Shown here: piece by piece, positions 51,380 through 64,000 of the stretch
How positions within the stretch are numbered: position 1 is the first letter of the stretch
Layout: every line of letters starts with the position of its first letter
From: Mobula hypostoma
Lineage: Eukaryota
Assembly: GCF_963921235.1 (NCBI RefSeq)
Contig: NC_086097.1
Location: 206,214,001 to 206,278,000, forward strand
Direction: 5' to 3'
Length of the DNA: 64,000 bases
Notes under the pieces: generated by a model
Seen by the model: the letters and a program-made list of their open reading frames with translations, nothing else
Database searches by the model: none
What the model was told of the DNA's origin: nothing
Program-made: the position numbers and the translations under genes

Positions 51380-52200
51380 CAATTTTGATCAATAACCCAA
51401 AATGCATGTTGTTTTTGGAACTTTATCTCTCCCCTTCTTAAATATATTCATCAATTTTGCTTCCACTGACATCCGTGGTCAAGAATTCCACAAGCAAAAA
51501 AAAAAATCTTCACCTTTCCCCATAACCTGAAGCTGTGGCCCCTTATTTGAAGATGGTAAATTGGTTAATTACTGTCACATATAACAAGCTACAGTGCAAA
51601 ACATTTGTTTGCATGCCATTCATAGATTTAATTTTATCGCAATAGTGCAGTGATGTAGTACAAGGGAAAAGCATAATCAAAAGCAAATAAAGTGTTATAG
51701 CTATGGAGAAAATACAGAGTAGTCAGACAATGAAGTCCTAGTCCACAACGAGGTAGATTGTGAGAATCCATCTTATCACCCTAGTGGATATTCAAGTCTC
51801 ATCAAAGTGGGTTAGAAGCTGTCCTTGAACCTAGTGGTTCATGCTTTTTGTATCTTCTGCATAATGGGAAGGGTGAGAAGAAAGAATACCAGGTGTGGGT
51901 GGTGTCTCTGATCATTTTGGTTACTTTACCAAATCAGCAAGAAGTGTAGACCACTCCACTGGGTGGGGGGGGGCGAGGTTAGTTTTACAACCACCATTAT
52001 TTTACAATCACCAGCTAAGGAAAACAACCACAGCACTCAATATCAAGCCCTGTCAGAATTTTTGAATGTTTCTGTAGGATCTCTCATTCTTCTGAATGCT
52101 AGTGATTACAGAACTAGTCAATCCAGTCTCTCCTCATAAAGTAACCCAATCACTTCATGAATCAGTCTGGTGAATCTTCACTGCATTCCTCTATGACAAG
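51380..52200 (-). mobile_element. Old CR1 fragment with a Rex-type 3' insert
   Basis: AGAATTCCACA and CCAGTCTCTCCTCATA...TCTGGTGAATCTT CR1 remnants flank a TTTACTGTCACAT-like Rex tail. Confidence 0.5.
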
Positions 52201-54044
52201 TATATTTTTCTGAATAAATTTTGCTCCTTTATCCAGCATGGGGTGGACTGACTATACCCTACAGGATACTTGCATGTCTGAATAGATCTGTCTCTTTCCA
52301 GTTGCAGCACTGGACAACTCTGCTCTTAGCACAAGAATAAAAACCAACTTATTCTCGAAACTGTACAAACCAATTCTAGTTCTAATTATACTGCCACTGA
52401 GTGAATACACTTGACCTCATTATCAAACACTACACAAACTGACTCCACCCCTGAGAACGCAGTCCATAATCATAAGTTCTGCCCTCTTACCCTCTACTGT
52501 ATGGACTGACAATTTTCAATGTAGTGTCGGTTCCACATAAATAGGCTTTACCTTTACGAAAGTACTTCATAAATTGTGTTGATCTTCACAACACTGCCAA
52601 TGCCTAACTAAGGTCTAAATATTATTTTCATAATTGCATATGCCTCATTCAATTCTAACAACGCTAGCAAATCATGAATCTGTTCTGTTCCCTAATACAA
52701 TCACACAAGGAACAAACGTATTCACTGTCTTCCAGAGAACACAGCTTTCACTTTCACACCAACATTGCAAGGATTAATTGAGCCTCTTTTTCTTGGAAAC
52801 ACTTGGTCTGATCCCAGAGTCCCAGCAGTACTATGTCTCCTACAGTACTGTATGGACGGGCAACTATCCAGCAATAGATGCATATACCACTCCAGTTGCA
52901 GCATTGGGATTCAACAGACTAATAGTGTCCCAATAGCATTACCGATGTATGATTTCTTTCCAACTCTGAATGAACTAACTTTGAATCAATGACTCTGGCA
53001 CCGAAAACATCTACTTCAGCCCTGGAGTATTGCATAAACCATTTTCATGACAGATGCAATGCCTTTTTACACTGGTGCACTCATGAAGTGAGAAAAGAAT
53101 GCAGCAGCAACTGCACATTGTATTCATAAAACATAGGACATTACAGCACAGTACAGGCCTTTTGCCCCACAATAATGTGCTAACCTTTTAACCTACTGTA
53201 AGATCAATATGATCCTTCCCTCCCACATAGCCCTTCATTTTTCGCTTATCCATGTGCCTATCTAAGAGTCTCCTAAATGTCACCAGTACATCTGCCTCTG
53301 CCAACTCCCGGCAGTGTATTCCAGGCACCCGCCACTCCTTGTGTAATAAAATAACCACTGACATCCCTCCTCTACTTTCCTTCAAATCACTTTAAAGTAA
53401 TGCCCCCTCATTTTTAGCCATTTCTGGCCTGTAAAAAAGTCTCTGACTATCCACTCAATCCATGCCTCTTATTATCTTTTATCAAGACACATCTCATCCT
53501 CCTTTTCTCCAAAGGGAAATATCCCAGCTTGTTCAATGTATCCACATAAGATATGCTCTGTAAAGACTGCATCCTGGAAAATCTCTTCTGCATTCTAAAG
53601 TGCATACTAAAGTTTCCAAATCCTTCCTATTTGTGACCAAAACCGAATACAATATTTCAGTTTTCATCAAACCAGGCTTTTATAGAGCTGCCACATTACC
53701 TCATGGCTTTTGAACTCAGTTCCCCAACTAATGAAGGCTAATGCATCATATACCTTCTTACTAACCCTATAAACTTGCGCTTGAACTTTGAGGTATTTAT
53801 AGACATAGACCCCAAGATCCCTATTTTTGTCCACACAGCTAAGAATCCAGCCACTAACTCTGCATTCTGCCTTCAAATTCAACTTTCCAGAGTGAATCAC
53901 TTCACATTTTTCTGGGTTGAACCCTATCTGCCACTTCTCAACCGAGCTTTGCATCTGTTCAATGTCTCATTGTACCCTCAACAACCTGCTACACTATCCA
54001 CAACCCCATCAACACTTGTGTCGTCTGTAAACTTACACATCCAC

Positions 54045-54420
54045 CAAATAAACTCTTTTCAGGCTTCCATTGATGTATCGATTATCACTGACAGATCGAT
54101 GACAAGCTCTGCCATCCTCTTCAGGGATGATGCCTGGGCATGTCTAGTCTGGTGGTATTTATACCCCTGTATTCTGTCCTTCCAGATTGGTAGTCAAGGT
54201 GGGAGGGTGGAAAACTGACTGGATGAGGACCAATTAATCAGGAGGTATGGAATACAGGGCTATAAATACCACTGGACTATACATGCCCAGGCATCATCCC
54301 TGAAGAAGATGGCCGTGTTTGTTGTCAAAACATCAGTTATAATCAATACTTCTACCCAGCTGGAAGCAAGAGAAGAGTTTATTTGTCATGTGCGCCAGGA
54401 AAGCACGAGATCTTTTTTTA
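54045..54420. mobile_element. Inverted pair of Penelope-type pseudo-LTRs
   Basis: Inverted arms of about 150 bp (54045-54192 / 54232-54385), each with TATAAATA and a decayed CTGAAGA hammerhead; interrupts CR1 RT. Confidence 0.72.
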
Positions 54421-55849
54421 CAATTCCACCTTCCACTTCCTCATCCAAGTCATTTATAAAAATCAATAAGAGCAGGAGCCCTAGAACATATCACTGTGAA
54501 AGACCACTGGCCCCAATCTCCAGGCAGAATACACTGCAACTACAACCATCCTCTGCTTTCAATGAACATCCCAAATCCTGTACTCAATTTTGATTTATGT
54601 CGGCCAATGTGCCAAAAGCTTTCTTTATACCCAATCTACCTGTGACACCAACTTCAAGGAATTATAGATCTGTATTCTCAGATCCCTCTGTTCTACCATA
54701 CTTCTCAGTGCCCTACCATTCGTTGTGTAAATCCTATTCTCTTTTGTCCACCCAATGTGCAACAACTTGCCCTTGTCTGCACTAAGTTCCACTTGCCATT
54801 TCTCAGCCCATTTTTCCACCTGGTCCTGATCCCACTGTGAGCTTTGATAGTCTTCCATGCTGTCCACTATACTCCCTATCTTGGTATCATCTGGAAATGT
54901 GTTGATCAAGTTGACAACATTATCAGCAGATTGTTGAAATAGGAGACAAACAATGGACCCAGCACCAATCCCTGTGGCACTTCACTTGTCACAGGCCTTC
55001 AGTCTAACCATAAGACCATAAGAACTAGGAGCAGAATTAGGCCATCTGTCCATCGAGTCTAATCTGCTATTCCGTCATGGTTGATTTATTATCCCTATCA
55101 ACCCCTTTTTTCCTGCCTTCTCCACATAACCTTTGATGCTTTGATTATCAACTTTCGCCTTAAATATACCCAATGACTTGGTCTGTATAGCCATCTGTGG
55201 CTCAAAATTCCACAGATTCACCAGTTTCTGGTGAAAGAAATTTTTCCTCATCTCTGTTCTTAATGGACATTCCTCAGTACTGAGACTGTGCCCTCAGGTC
55301 CTAGATTCCAACTATAGGAAAGATCCTCTGCACATCCATTCTATCCAGATTATTCAATACTCCATAAGTTTCAATGAGATCCCCCTCATTTTTCTAAACT
55401 CCAGTGAAAACAGATAGGCCCCGAGCCATCTAACGCTCCGCATAAGTTAACCTACTCATTACAGAAGACATTCTCATGAACCTCCTCTGGTCTCTCTCCA
55501 ATGCCAGCATGTCCTTTCTAAGACAAGGGGCCAAAAACTGCTCAATACTTTCCAAGTACAGCCTGACCAATGCCTCATAAAGCCTCAGCATTATATTCTT
55601 CCTTTTGTGTTCTAGTTCTCTTGAACTGAATGCTTATATTGTATTTGCCTTCCTTACCACCGCCCCAGCCTACAAGTTAACCTGAAGAGAATATGCAAGT
55701 ATTCCCAAGTCCCTGTGAAGCTCTGATTTTGGAATTTTCTCCCCATTTATAAAATAGTCCACACCTTTATTCCTTCTGCCAGTGTGCATGACTGAGCCTT
55801 CTTGACCCACCTTCTATGCGGGACCTTGGCAAAGGCCTGGCTAAAATCC

Positions 55850-56179
55850 TTTTTTTTTAATTTTATTTTTATTTGGATAAGGAGTTCACAATTATCATGT
55901 ACTTTTTTCACACATATAACCTTTTCCATTTTTTTATATGTATAAAACTACAATTATTTATACATTCTTAAGTACACATTGAGCTGATATAAAAGCAAAA
56001 TAAACATTTAAATAGATAATTATGTACTGTGGTAAATCTAACCTATTAGGCTAAGTAATGAAATTAGTTGTTAAGAAAAATGGTAATAATAGTTTCCATA
56101 CAACCCTTCTGGACCATTTCCACTGGTCCAAAATGTTGATACAAGCCTATATACCAACCATTGTAGGTGTTTATATCCC
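55850..56179 (-). mobile_element. Short poly(A)-tailed retroposon 3' end (L1-type)
   Basis: T-tract at 55850; 16-bp TSD GGCCT(G/T)GCTAAAATCC at 55834-49 and 56216-31. Confidence 0.75.
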
Positions 56180-57908
56180 AAATGATGAAGGCAAGACAAT
56201 GAATGTTGTCCACATGGCCTTGCTAAAATCCATGTGGACAACATTCATTGTCTTGCCTTCATCATTTTTCCTGATAATTTCTCAAAAGTTTCCATAAGAT
56301 TGGTGAGACACGAACCCCCTCTCACAAAGCCATATTGACTAATCTAATTAGACACTGTCTATCTAAATTCTTATATATCTAGTCCCTTGGAATACCTTCT
56401 AATAACTTGACCACCACTGATGTCAGGCTCAAAGGCATATACTGTAATTGTCCAGCCTTTTTAGAGTTTTTCTTAAACAAAGGAACAAAATCTACCAATC
56501 CTCTCACACCTCACCATTGCTAAAAATATTTTAAGTAGCTCTGCTAGGGCTCCTGCAATTTCTGCACCGGACTCACACAAGGTCCAAGGGAACACTTTAT
56601 CAGGACCTGAAAATTTGTTGACTATAATTTGCCTATAATTTACATCTACTGTAATCTGCATACAGTCCATGACCCCACTGGTGTCTTGCTTCATTTCTCT
56701 AAACTCTGTGTCCATCTCCCGAGTAAATACAGATGTATAAAATCCATTTATGTCCCCCTGTCTTTTTCGGGTCTATGTATAGATGACCACTCTGATCTTC
56801 AAGTGGATCAATTTTGTGCCTGACAATCTTTTTGCTCTTAATATATTTGTAGGAATCCCTTGGGTTTCTCCTTCACCTTGTCTGCAAGTGCAACCTCATG
56901 TTTTTTTTAAGCCCTCCTGGTTTCCTTCTTAAGTGTTCTCTTGCGTTTCTTATACTCCTCAGGTACTTCATTTGCTTCTTCCTGCTTATACCTGCTATGC
57001 ACCTTTTTTTCAGCCAGGGCTTCAATATCTCTCAAAACCAAGGTTCCCGTAACCTGTTATCATTGCTTTTATTCTGATCAGAACATACAAATTCTGTCCT
57101 CTCAAAATTTCACTTTTGAAGGCCTCCCACTTACCAAGCACACCTTTGCCTGAAAACAATGAGTCACAATCCACACTTGCCAAATCCTTTCTGATACCAT
57201 CAAAATTGACCTTTCTCCAATTTAGAATCTCAACCTGAGGACCACATCTATCCTTCTCCATGATTATATTGAAACTAATGCCATTGTGATTACTAGATGC
57301 AAAGTGTTCCCCTACACAAATGTCTGTCACCTGCCTGTCTCATTCCCTAATAAGGTATCTAGTTAGGATCTCTATGTATTGATTAACAAAACTTACCTGA
57401 ACACATTTCACAAATTCTATCCCATCCACTCCCTATTTTTTTACAGTATGGGAGTCCAAATCAATATGTCAAAATTTAAAATCACCTACTATCACAGTCT
57501 TGTGTTTCTTGCAACAATCAACATTCTATCTATAAATTTGCTCCTCTAAATCCTGCTGACAACTAGGTGGTCTATAATATAATCTTATTAGCATGGTCAT
57601 CTCTTTCTTTTTCTTTAGTTCCACACATATAGCCTCAGTAGACAAGATCTCCGCTCTGTCCTGACTGAACACCGCCGTGACATTTTCCCTGACTAGTATT
57701 GCCACCCCTCCCCTTTTAATCTCTCCTACTCTACCACGTCTAAACAACGCAACCCTGAACATTGAGCTGCCAGTCCTGCCCCTCCTGCAACCAAGTCTCA
57801 CTAATGGCTACAATGTCATAATTCCATATGTTGATCCGTGCCCTATACTCACACTATTTTACTATGATACTCCTTGCATTGAAATATACACAACTCAGAA
57901 CATTACTC

Positions 57909-58729
57909 AGTATATTACTCTTATATTAATCCTATATGTGATAGATATCATTCCGAGATGGCTTCTTTAACTCACATGTTTTGGTCATGTCCTTTGTCGG
58001 AAAAATATTGGAAAGATATTTTTGATATTATTTCTACGGTTTTGAATACAGACTTACAACCTCACCCAATTACTGCTATTTTTGGATTACCAATGATAGA
58101 CTCAAATCACTTAACCTCTTCAGCTCGTCGGCTGATTGCATTTCTTACTTTAATGGCTAGAAGATCCATTTTGCTGAATTGGAAAGAGATTAACCCTCCT
58201 ACTGTATATCACTGGTTTTCGCAAACTATGTTGTGTTTAAATTTGAAAAAAATTAGAAGTGTGGTTTATGACCCTTCCATTAAATTTGAAAAAACTTGGA
58301 GGCCATTTATTCAGCATTTTCATATGATGTAACTTGACCATTTCCAAACTTATTTTACTTTTCTGTAGTGTTGGTAGAGAGAAACGGAGCCGTCGACACT
58401 AAGGTTTTCTTTTCTTCCGTTTTTACGTTGTTTAAATTGCCCAAGTCTTTTTAGTTTAGTTGACTAATTCTGTTTAGATTAGTTTTTTTTTGGGGGGGGG
58501 TTGTTTCTTTAAATTTTTTTTCTTTTTTCATGATTCTTGTCTAGATATTTTCTTTTTGTCCTGTATTATTCATTGGTATCCTACATAATTAGGAGTTTTG
58601 TCAATTAAATACTATTTGGTTTTATAATTACTCATCTTAAATATAACAATGTATTCCCAACAATTTTGTATTATTGCTATGTTATGTTTATATTCTATAA
58701 AATTAATAAAAAGATTGAAGAAGAAAGAA
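57909..58729 (+). mobile_element. L1 3' fragment
   Basis: ASLTHMFWSC...ARRSILLNWK...WRPFI; AATAAA tail; 12-bp TSD AGAACATTACTC at 57897-908 and 58730-41. Confidence 0.9.
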
Positions 58730-59224
58730 AGAACATTACTCCCACCATGCTCATTCTACTGATTCCTGACTTTATATGAAGGCTTAACAACATCCTTCCC
58801 AACAATCACTCCAATGTCTACTCCAGCACTCTAGTTCTCATTCTCCTGCAACTCAAGTTAAATTTTGCCTCACCTCCCACCACCCCTGTGCAGCACTAGC
58901 AAAATTCCTGCAAAGATATTACTCCCCCGACATTTCAGGTGCAAACCTTTCCATCTGCACAAGTCCCATCTTCCGTGGAAGAGAGGCCAATGTTCCAAAA
59001 ATTTGAAGCCCTTCCTCCTGCACCATCTCCTTCTTGTTCTCGTCCACAGAACCCCCTGTCTTCTCCCCATTTTCCCTTCCGAGCCAAAGAGCCAGAGTCA
59101 GTGCCAGAGATCTAATTGCTGTGGCTTTCCTCTGCAAGGTAATCACGCCGAACAGTATCCAAAGTAGCATGTCTGTTGTTGAGGGGAAGGCCGCCGGGGT
59201 ACTCTGCACTGGCTGCCTGTCTCT

Positions 59225-60398
59225 TTTCCAGAAGGCGTTCGATAAGGTGCCGCACAAGAGACTTATAAATAAGACACGGATGCATGGAGTCAGAGGAGGT
59301 GTATTGGCATGGGTAGTGGATTGGTTAACCGATAGAAGGCAGAGAGTTGGTATAAATGGATGTTTCTCCGGTTGGCAGTCTGTGGTGAGTGGGGTGCTGC
59401 AGGGGTTGGTGCTGGGCCGGCAGCTGTTTACCATTTACATTGATGATTTGGAAGAGGGGACTGTGTGCAGCATAGCAAAATTTGTTGATGACACTAAACT
59501 GAGTGGAAAAGCAAATTGTACGTAGGATATGGAGAGTCTGCAGAGGGATATAGATAGGTTAAGTGTGTGGGCCAAGGTCTGGCAGATGGAATACAACGTT
59601 GGTAAATGTGAGATCATCTGCTTTTGGAAGGAATAACAGAAGAGCAGATTATTATTTAAATGGTGAAAGATGGCAGCATGCTGTTGTGCAGAGGGACTTC
59701 GGAGTGCTTGTGCATGAATCGCAAAAAGGTGGCTTGCAGTTACATCAGCTTATGAAGAAGCAAAGGGAATGTTGGCCTTCATTTTTAGAAGGATTGAATT
59801 CAAGACCAGGGAGGTCATGCTGCAACTATACATGGTACTGGTGAGGCCGCACCTGGAGTACTGTGTGCATTTCTGGTCTCCATACTAGAGGAAAGATATA
59901 CTGGCTTTGGAGACAGTGCAGAGGAGGTTCACCAGGTTGATTCCAGGGATGAAGGGGTTAACCTATGAGGAGAGATTGAGTCACCTGGGACTATACTCTC
60001 TGGAGTTCAGAAAAATGAGAGGGGATCTTATAGAAGCATGCTATAGAAGATAGAAGTAGGAAAGTTGTTTCCATTGGTAGGTGAGATTAGAACTAGGGGA
60101 CATTGCCTCAAGATTCAGGGGAGAAGATTTAGGACGGAGATGAGGAGAAACTGTGTTTCCCAGAGAGTGGTGAATCTGTGGAATTCTCTGCCCAGTGAAG
60201 CAGTTGAGGCTTCTGCACTAAATATATTTAAGAAACAGTTAGATAGGTTTTTACATAGTAAGGGAATTAAGGGTTATGGGGAAAAGGCAGGTAGATGGAG
60301 CTGAGTTTACAGACAAATCAGCCATGATCTTATTGAATGGCAGGGCAGGCTTGATGGGCTGGATGGCCTACCCTTGTTCCTATTTCTTATGTTCTTAA
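59225..60398 (+). mobile_element. CR1 RT/3' fragment inserted in CR1 ORF1
   Basis: FQKAFDKVPH, SGVLQGLVLG, FVDDTKL, VRPHLEYC, RTRGHCLK; TTCTTATGTTCTTA tail. Confidence 0.9.
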
Positions 60399-60627
60399 GT
60401 CCCCCTTCTGAAAGTCACCTAGTTACCTGTGTTCTGCACCTTTAATGTATCTACCTCCCTATATGTCCCGTCGATCAATCCCTCCGCATTCCAAGTGATC
60501 CAGAGTTCATTCAGCTCCAGTTCCAATTCTTAACATGGTCTGTAAGAAGCTGCAGTCGGATGTACTTCTTGCAGGTGTGGTTGTCAAGGAGACAGGAGGT
60601 CTCCTTGCCTTCCACATACCGCAAGAG

Positions 60628-60735
60628 GAGGAGGATGAAGGGAGGAAGGGAGGGAGGAAGGAATGAAGAATGAAAGAAAGAGAAAGAGAGAGAGAGAGAA
60701 TAAAGAAAGAAAGAGAGAAGGAGAAAAGAAAGATT
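60628..60735 (+). repeat. Purine-rich (GA/GAA/GGAA) simple repeat
   Basis: About 105 nt almost entirely A/G. Confidence 0.85.
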
Positions 60736-61859
60736 AAATGAAAAAATCTACCTACAACCTCTGCCTCTTCTTACCGAAGTCTCCATGAGCCAAAGCTTGA
60801 ACTCTCCACACTAACCTTCACACACAACGACTGCTCCCACAATGGCTGCTCCAATTCAACCTAACTTCTTTTTATTGGACCTTCCGAAGTGCCTAGTTCC
60901 ACACACTTCAACGTTTCCTAGTAATGTAGGGAACACAGATCATCCTGACTGACCCCACTCACTTCATTTGAAATCTCTCTCTCAGTGCGCACACTGCAAC
61001 ATCTCCTAGTGATACGTGCTGTGCAGAATGTTTGCTCAGTTCATCTGGAAGCTGCGTAAAAAATATGAGAGCAGAGGAATTGAAAAAGGGTAGTGCTCCA
61101 GAACTAGTTTATTTTTACAGAAGTTTGGTTTTTGCTGGATGGCTTTCAGCAGTTTGAAGCAAGGCTGCTGTTCTGCTATGTTAGGCCATCCATAGAATAT
61201 CGTCTATATTTCTCATTGTCACAGCAATGCAAGTCACAATCACTAACCAATGAGCCTACAATGCACCCGATCACAATGGTGCCAAACATAATTTCTCTCC
61301 ATCCTTCCTACTGCAATCCGTAAGTTATCTTCAATACATTTCTTGCAGGAATGGAACAAACCAGAACTAATGGGAAGCGGTTCAGTCTAAGAAACTACAC
61401 TCAGATCACTTGAACCTTAGTAACAAAGGTGCAATATGTGATGATGTTAGCACTTGTTTGTGCATGGAGGTAAAGCTGCAAGCCATTGTTCACACAAATG
61501 ACAGAATGGGCTGTGCTCTCAAAATCCTGAATCAGCCTATCTTGCTGCACAATATTGTGCTCTGACAGGAAAGGTTCACAGGAAATGTGGATATATTTCA
61601 GGATCAACCTCTCAGTGAGAAATATATCGGTGATAAAAGCAGGCATCATCTTTAATATGGCAGCACAGCTTTTGGTTGACTGACAAAAATATGGCTTTTA
61701 TATCTAGTTCTGAACTCCAGTAGAGAGTTTGTGGCCAACTGAAGGGCAGCAATTGCTGTATTGTAGACTACCCACAGCAGGCATTTGAAGCCAGAGGACG
61801 GATACCACAGATTTTACATCTGTAATGTTCTCCAAATCCATTAGCAGAGTACATGGAAT

Positions 61860-62500
61860 GATAAGCAAACTGCTGGAGGTACTCAACCATCACTGAGAAT
61901 CTGTGGAGACAGATAGATTGTCTTCATTTTGGGTGAAGACATTGCAACAGGACTGAGTATGTAGACAGGAGATAGCCAATATAAATAGGCGAGAGTAAGG
62001 GATGAGGCTGAGGTGGCAGTGATAGGTGGAACCAGGTGAAAAGAGGGATAATAGACAGATGAGACCAGGTGGGACTGCCAGCTGAGAGCAGAATTTCAGG
62101 AAATAGGAGAAATGTGAGTGATGGCTCCATCAACCACAGTGAAGTAAAGCCATGGAGGGGAGGAAGACATTTCAGATATCCAGGAATGGAAAGCCTCATT
62201 TTGAGAATAGACACAGTGGAGAGGAAGAAATGAAAGAAAGGGATGACGTTGTTACAAGGGGAGGAGGTATATACGAAGTAGCTGTGGGAGTCTGAGAGTT
62301 TATAGGAAATGCCAGTAGCTAGTTTGTTTCCTTTTCCTGAAATGTAGTCAGAGAGATTCAGAAAAGAGAGGGAGCTATCACATGTACATTTGAGGGCAGG
62401 TTAGAAGATAATAGCAATAGTAAGAACATTGATGAATTCTGCACAAGTACATGAGGAAGCAGCCATCTAGTTGCCAGAATAGTGTAGAGTTGGGGAGTAG
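61860..62500 (-). mobile_element. Decayed Penelope-like element (RT thumb remnant + terminal repeat)
   Basis: Minus strand TGISYKLSDSHSYFVYTSSPCNNVIPF resembles the PLE motif YKPTDSHSYLDYTSSHP; terminal-repeat remnant at 61865-61955. Confidence 0.6.
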
Positions 62501-62529
62501 TCTCCAGAGTAAGTGAACCTGATGACCCT

Positions 62530-63616
62530 GTCAGGTTCAGGTGTGTGCTTAGCCCACTGTTCTATTCCCTATATACCCATGATTGTGTGGCTAGGCATAG
62601 ATAAAATACCATCTATAAATTTAATGAGATACAACCATTGTTGGTAGAATCTCAGGTGGTGACGAGAGGGCATACAGGAGTGAGATATGCCAACTAGAGG
62701 AGTGGTGTCGCAGCAACAACCTGGGACTCAACGTTAGTAAGACGAAAAAGCTGATTGTGGACTTCTGGAAGGGTAAGACGAAGGAACACACACCGATCCT
62801 CATAGAGGAATCAGAATTGGAGAGAGTGAACAGTTACAAGTTCCTGGGTGTCAAGATGTCTGAGGATCTGACCTGGTCCCAACGTATCGATGTAGTTATA
62901 AAGAAGGCAAGACGGTGATTACACTTCATTAGGAGTTTGAAGAGATTTGGTATGTCAACAAAAGCACTCAAAAACTTTTATAGATGTACCGTGGAGAGCA
63001 TTCTGACAGGCTGCCTCATTGTCTCATATGGGGGGTGGGGGGGGTGGGTGGGTGGTGGTCTACTGAACAGGACCCAAAGATATTGCCGTGGGTTGTAAAT
63101 TTAGTTGGCTCCATCTTGGGTACTAGCCTACAAAGTACCCAGGACATCTTCAAGAAACGGTGTCTCAGAAAGGCAGTGTCCATTATTAAAGTCCTCCAGC
63201 ACTCAGGCCATACCCTTTTCTCACTGTTACACCATGTAGGAAGTACAGACACACCCTCAGTGATTCAGGAACAGCTTCTTCCCCTCTGCCATCTGATTCC
63301 TAAATGGACATTGAACCATGAACAATACCTCACTTTTTAAATATATATTATTTCTGTTTTTACATGATTTTTAATCTATTCAATATACATATACTATAAT
63401 TGATTTACTTATCTTGCCTTGCCTGATGCCAGCCCTGTAGGCCTGAGTCGACGTAGTAGTAGTGGTAGTAGTACTAGTAGACTTACTTACTTATTTATTA
63501 TTATTATTATTTTATTTTGTTTCTTTTTCTATATTATGTATTGCATTGAACTGCTGCTGCTAAGTTAACAGATTTCACATCACACGCTGGTGATAATAAA
63601 CCTGATTCTGATTCCA
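62530..63616 (+). mobile_element. Rex/Babar-type LINE 3' part
   Basis: GCVLSPL, WCRSNNLGLNVSKTKKLIVDF, YRCTVESILTGC; AATAAACCTGATTCTGATTC tail. Confidence 0.87.
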
Positions 63617-64000
63617 CAAATCATTGTCCTCTGACGGGCAACGCACCCAATACTGAGGCACTAAGTAATGGACAGGCTATGTCGTCTGAATGTCCAACAT
63701 CAGATCCATCATGGTAGAGAGATAAGAAGGTGGTCAGGAAAAAAAATCAAATGTTTCACAATGATTTTGGACCAAATATTGTATTTTATAAATGGATAAT
63801 GAAAGTATATTTGAAGAGTGTGGAACAATTTCCTGAAGATGAAAAGCTGTTTTCCATCTAATAATCTAAGCAGTTGCATTAATCTTCAACAGTGTTAATA
63901 ACGTCTTAACAGTACATGATATTTCAAGAAACTTTTGATGTAAGATTCCTGTCATGAAATCACATCCATATGTCCCTTTTATTTTCCCTCTTTAAATTCC

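Larger units (their letters stand above)
53128..60900 (-). mobile_element. Cluster of minus-strand CR1 pieces, including a near full-length decayed copy (ORF1 at about 60630-58860)
   Basis: ORF1 N-terminal SSCGMW...HTCKKYIRLQLL, esterase WCRRKGFKFLEHWPLFHGRWDL, endonuclease GGGVAILVRE...YYRPP, RT remnants; separate 3' tails near 53130 and 55007. Confidence 0.8.

Overview
Repeat-rich vertebrate genomic DNA, most likely a cartilaginous fish such as a ray (inferred from the CR1, Rex/Babar, Penelope and V-SINE content). The only host gene I can support is the 5' part of PCMTD1 on the minus strand. It has a CpG-island promoter with a probable non-coding exon 1 near 47.9-48.0 kb, an intron of about 19 kb, and the first coding exon at 28868-28397 (307 coding nt, phase-1 donor). 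The next intron runs more than 28 kb, off the left edge. Much of the remaining sequence is transposon-derived, often deeply nested: L1, Tx1, CR1, Rex/Babar and Penelope retroelements, plus Tc1, mariner, Tigger, Chapaev3 and PIF/Harbinger DNA transposons and MITEs. The most interesting signals are several minimal hammerhead-ribozyme motifs in Penelope-type repeats (one sense to the PCMTD1 pre-mRNA), a divergent TATA+hammerhead inverted pair, a 250-350 bp hairpin inside a Tigger element, a foldback mariner with nested TIRs, a perfect templated inversion at a retroposon 5' junction, three uORFs in the PCMTD1 5'UTR, and a FOXO + MiT/TFE motif cluster at its promoter. I found no clearly new protein-coding system. 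Family names come from recalled motifs, not database searches, and boundaries of old repeats are approximate.
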